A stretch of 62,527 nt of DNA, the filler included, from Basidioascus undulatus (taxonomy: Eukaryota), in the NCBI GenBank assembly GCA_000826855.1. It is 18 parts of 18 records of this genome, joined end to end, with 100 filler letters (N's around TTAATTAATTAA, not from the genome) between each part and the next. Parts side by side here need not be neighbours in the genome. Positions count along the whole stretch, not along the records: positions 60,302 to 62,527 come from JTLS01002864.1; 17 more parts are not named here. One strand, given 5' to 3'. Shown here one piece after another: positions 60,302-62,527 of the stretch (position 1 is the first letter of the stretch; every line of letters begins with the position of its first letter). The notes beneath the pieces were generated by a model that saw only the letters and a list, made by a program, of their open reading frames with translations, was not told where the DNA came from and searched no databases. The position numbers and the translations under genes were made by a program.

Positions 60302-61837
60302 CGCCTCCCACGCGCGCCCACACTCCTCCTCCTCCGCCGCCCTCGCGCCTTGCTCGCACCACCACCCCATCTCAGGGAACTATCTACGTGCCGCGCCGTC
60401 AGACGCAGAGCACACGTTCCAGGGGATGGTCTACCAGCCGGACGCGTGCGCGTGGGACACGCCGTTCATGCCCGTTACGGCGGAGGGCGTGGAGAGATGG
60501 GTGAGCGGACGGAGGAACTTGCTGATGATTGGGGAGTCGCATGCGCGTAGGTGTTCTCGGGGGAGCAAAGGCGCGGAGAGGAGGAGCGGACTGAGAGTGG
60601 GGTGGGTGGGGAACAGGATACGCGATGTACCAGGTCGCGGCCATCCTCGGCGCGGACGAGGCGTGGCTCACCCACGCTGTGTCGGCGAAGGTCGTGCACT
60701 TTGCGAAAACGGTCGGGAACGTCAATATTACGTACATGGTGAGACCTTCCTCGCCGTTCCCTTCTTCCTAGTCCTGCCGCACGACCCCGTACGAACCTGC
60801 TCGGCTGACTCGCCCCGCGTCGCGGATGGCAGTGGGACACGCACCTCTCGACTTCGTGCGTCTCCTTGTTTGCCCACTTCCCACTTGCTCTGAATATTTC
60901 GGCTGACCGAGTCCCGATCACCTAGCGTCCTTACCTGCGCAGCCCTCACCGAATACGATACGATCCTCTTCGGCTACGTGCGTCCTCCTCCCTCCTCCTC
61001 CTTCCCTCCTCCCCCCTCCTTCCCTCCTCTCTTCTTCATCCTTCCCCACCCTTCTTCTCCCTAACCCGCCTCCCCCTTCACAACAGGGGCATCACTTCCT
61101 GAACTCCTTCACCCGCCTCGGGTCCACGTCCCCCTACGCATCCGTTTGGGACCTCCCCACCTTCCGCACGCGCCTCGCAGAGTTCGTCTCCTCGCTGTAC
61201 GGCTGCTTTGATGAGGCTGCCCCTGCGCGGCCTAAGCCGAGGGTCGTGTGGGCCGGCATGCCCGCGCGGTGGCCCGATAGCCATCATCATTCACGTGCGT
61301 CTTCGTCCAGCCGTCTCGGGAGGGGGAGCGGCGGAATGGAGAGGGAACAGAGAAGGAGAGGAGATGGGAGTGGGACGGGGATGAGGGAAGGGCGAGAGAG
61401 CAGGCTGATTTGAGCGCGGTGGGGTGGTGGTAGGACCCGAGGAAGGGGACGTCGACGCGCGGAGCAACGCCCGCCTCGCGCGCTTCTCGGAGGAGGCGGC
61501 GGACGTCTTGAAAGATACGGACGTGCGGGTCGTAGATCAGTATGGGCTCACGCTGCCCGTCCGTCCCCTCTTCCTCCTTTTCTCCCATCTTCCTCTCCCC
61601 CTTTCCCGCAATCCTCTTACCTCCCAAACCTCTTTCTGACTCCCTACGTGCCGTTCACCCAGTTCATATTCGAACGTAAGCCCCCTTCCCGCCCCAGAAA
61701 GGAAGAGAAGAAGCCCGCGGAATCTGACATGGTGTGAGCGCGGATGGGCAGTCCCCGACGGCCTCCACTTCTTCAATACCGACGCGATGTGGGCGCTTGC
61801 TCGCGAGCTTATCTGGAAGATGGAGCTCAACGTGTAG
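60302..61837 (+). CDS. SGNH/GDSL-like (PC-esterase-type) protein, 3' part
   Basis: YQPDAC.W, LLMIGESHAR (GDS-like motif), RSNARL...VVDQYGLTLP and PDGLHF (DxxH). Stop TAG at 61835-61837. Confidence 0.5.
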
Positions 61838-62402
61838 GAGGAGGACGCGCTGGGGGCCGCTCCGTAGACATTTTTTTTAATTCATTTTTTCCCTTTTTCT
61901 ATTGCGGGCACGGAAGAGGTGTTACATTTATCTTATTCGTTCGGGCGCTGTGGGCCGGTGTGTGAGTGAGTGCGTGTGGACGCATCGGTTCCAGCCGTAG
62001 GGTCCGCTGGTAAAGGCGCGCAAGCTGCATGTGCATTCCTCATATCACCAGTGGAATAAATCTAACAACAGTTCAGGCAAAAGAGAGAGTGGACCATTGC
62101 GGGGTCATGCCTCGATCAAAATATGTGCCGACTGTACAGACGTACACGTAGCATGCACATTCAGTTTCTGTGGTCTCTCGCGCTTGCGTCAGATGCAAAA
62201 GATAAGCGACTCACAATAGTTCAATCTCGGTTAGTTTAGGCGTTAAGAGCTCTGCATGCGACGCGCTAGTGGGCAACAGAAGGGGTAAAGTACAGGAGGG
62301 AGAAGGGCCGGGCCAGCACCAAAACCACGTGGGCGAAAGCTTTGCACCAGCAGAAGACTCTTCCTTCGCCGCACCGAGCGCAACGTCCGGACGTACATCA
62401 GG

Positions 62403-62527
62403 TAGGGTTAGGTTGGGTTAGGTTGGGTTAGGTTAGGGTTAGGTTGGGTTAGGTTAGGTTAGGTTAGGTTAGGTTGGGTTAGGTTGGGTTAGGTTAGGTT
62501 AGGTTGGGTTAGGTTGGGTTAGGTTGG
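62403..62527 (+). repeat. Second telomere-like mixed TTAGG/TTGGG/TTAGGG array at the contig and window end
   Basis: 125 bp of TTAGG units interspersed with single TTGGG units and one TTAGGG, with the G-strand toward the end. Confidence 0.88.

Overview
This is eukaryotic, intron-rich, GC-rich fungal DNA. The frequent GTGCG/GTGAG donors and the gene content point to a basidiomycete, probably Pucciniomycotina (inference). The window is not contiguous. It is 18 contigs joined by artificial 100-bp spacers (N44-TTAATTAATTAA-N44): one 22.8-kb contig (2353-25151) and seventeen ~2.2-kb fragments, so adjacency across spacers means nothing. The long contig carries VPS26, an ALDH7/antiquitin-type dehydrogenase, a Dal5/Tna1-family MFS transporter, a non-canonical transketolase-like ThDP enzyme, a TLC-domain gene, an ~8-kb tract of decayed and tandemly duplicated genes, and the 3' end of an M6P-receptor-like gene. 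The short contigs hold fragments of a FEX fluoride exporter, NDUFS8/TYKY, a PDR-type ABC transporter, NDC1, a NUP98-like gene, a JMJD7-like gene, a CLC channel, a NOL8-like gene, EXO5, NUP85, DUF726/TMCO4, an SGNH-like esterase and F-box-like genes. They also hold two intron-containing tRNAs (Ala-AGC, Asp-GTC), a hAT-type MITE and a decayed biotin synthase piece. The most striking signal is that two independent contigs end in correctly oriented telomere-like arrays mixing TTAGG, TTGGG and TTAGGG units under a strict ordering rule, which suggests an unusual telomerase template or mechanism. CDS coordinates are spliced-gene spans read by eye, and no database searches were run.
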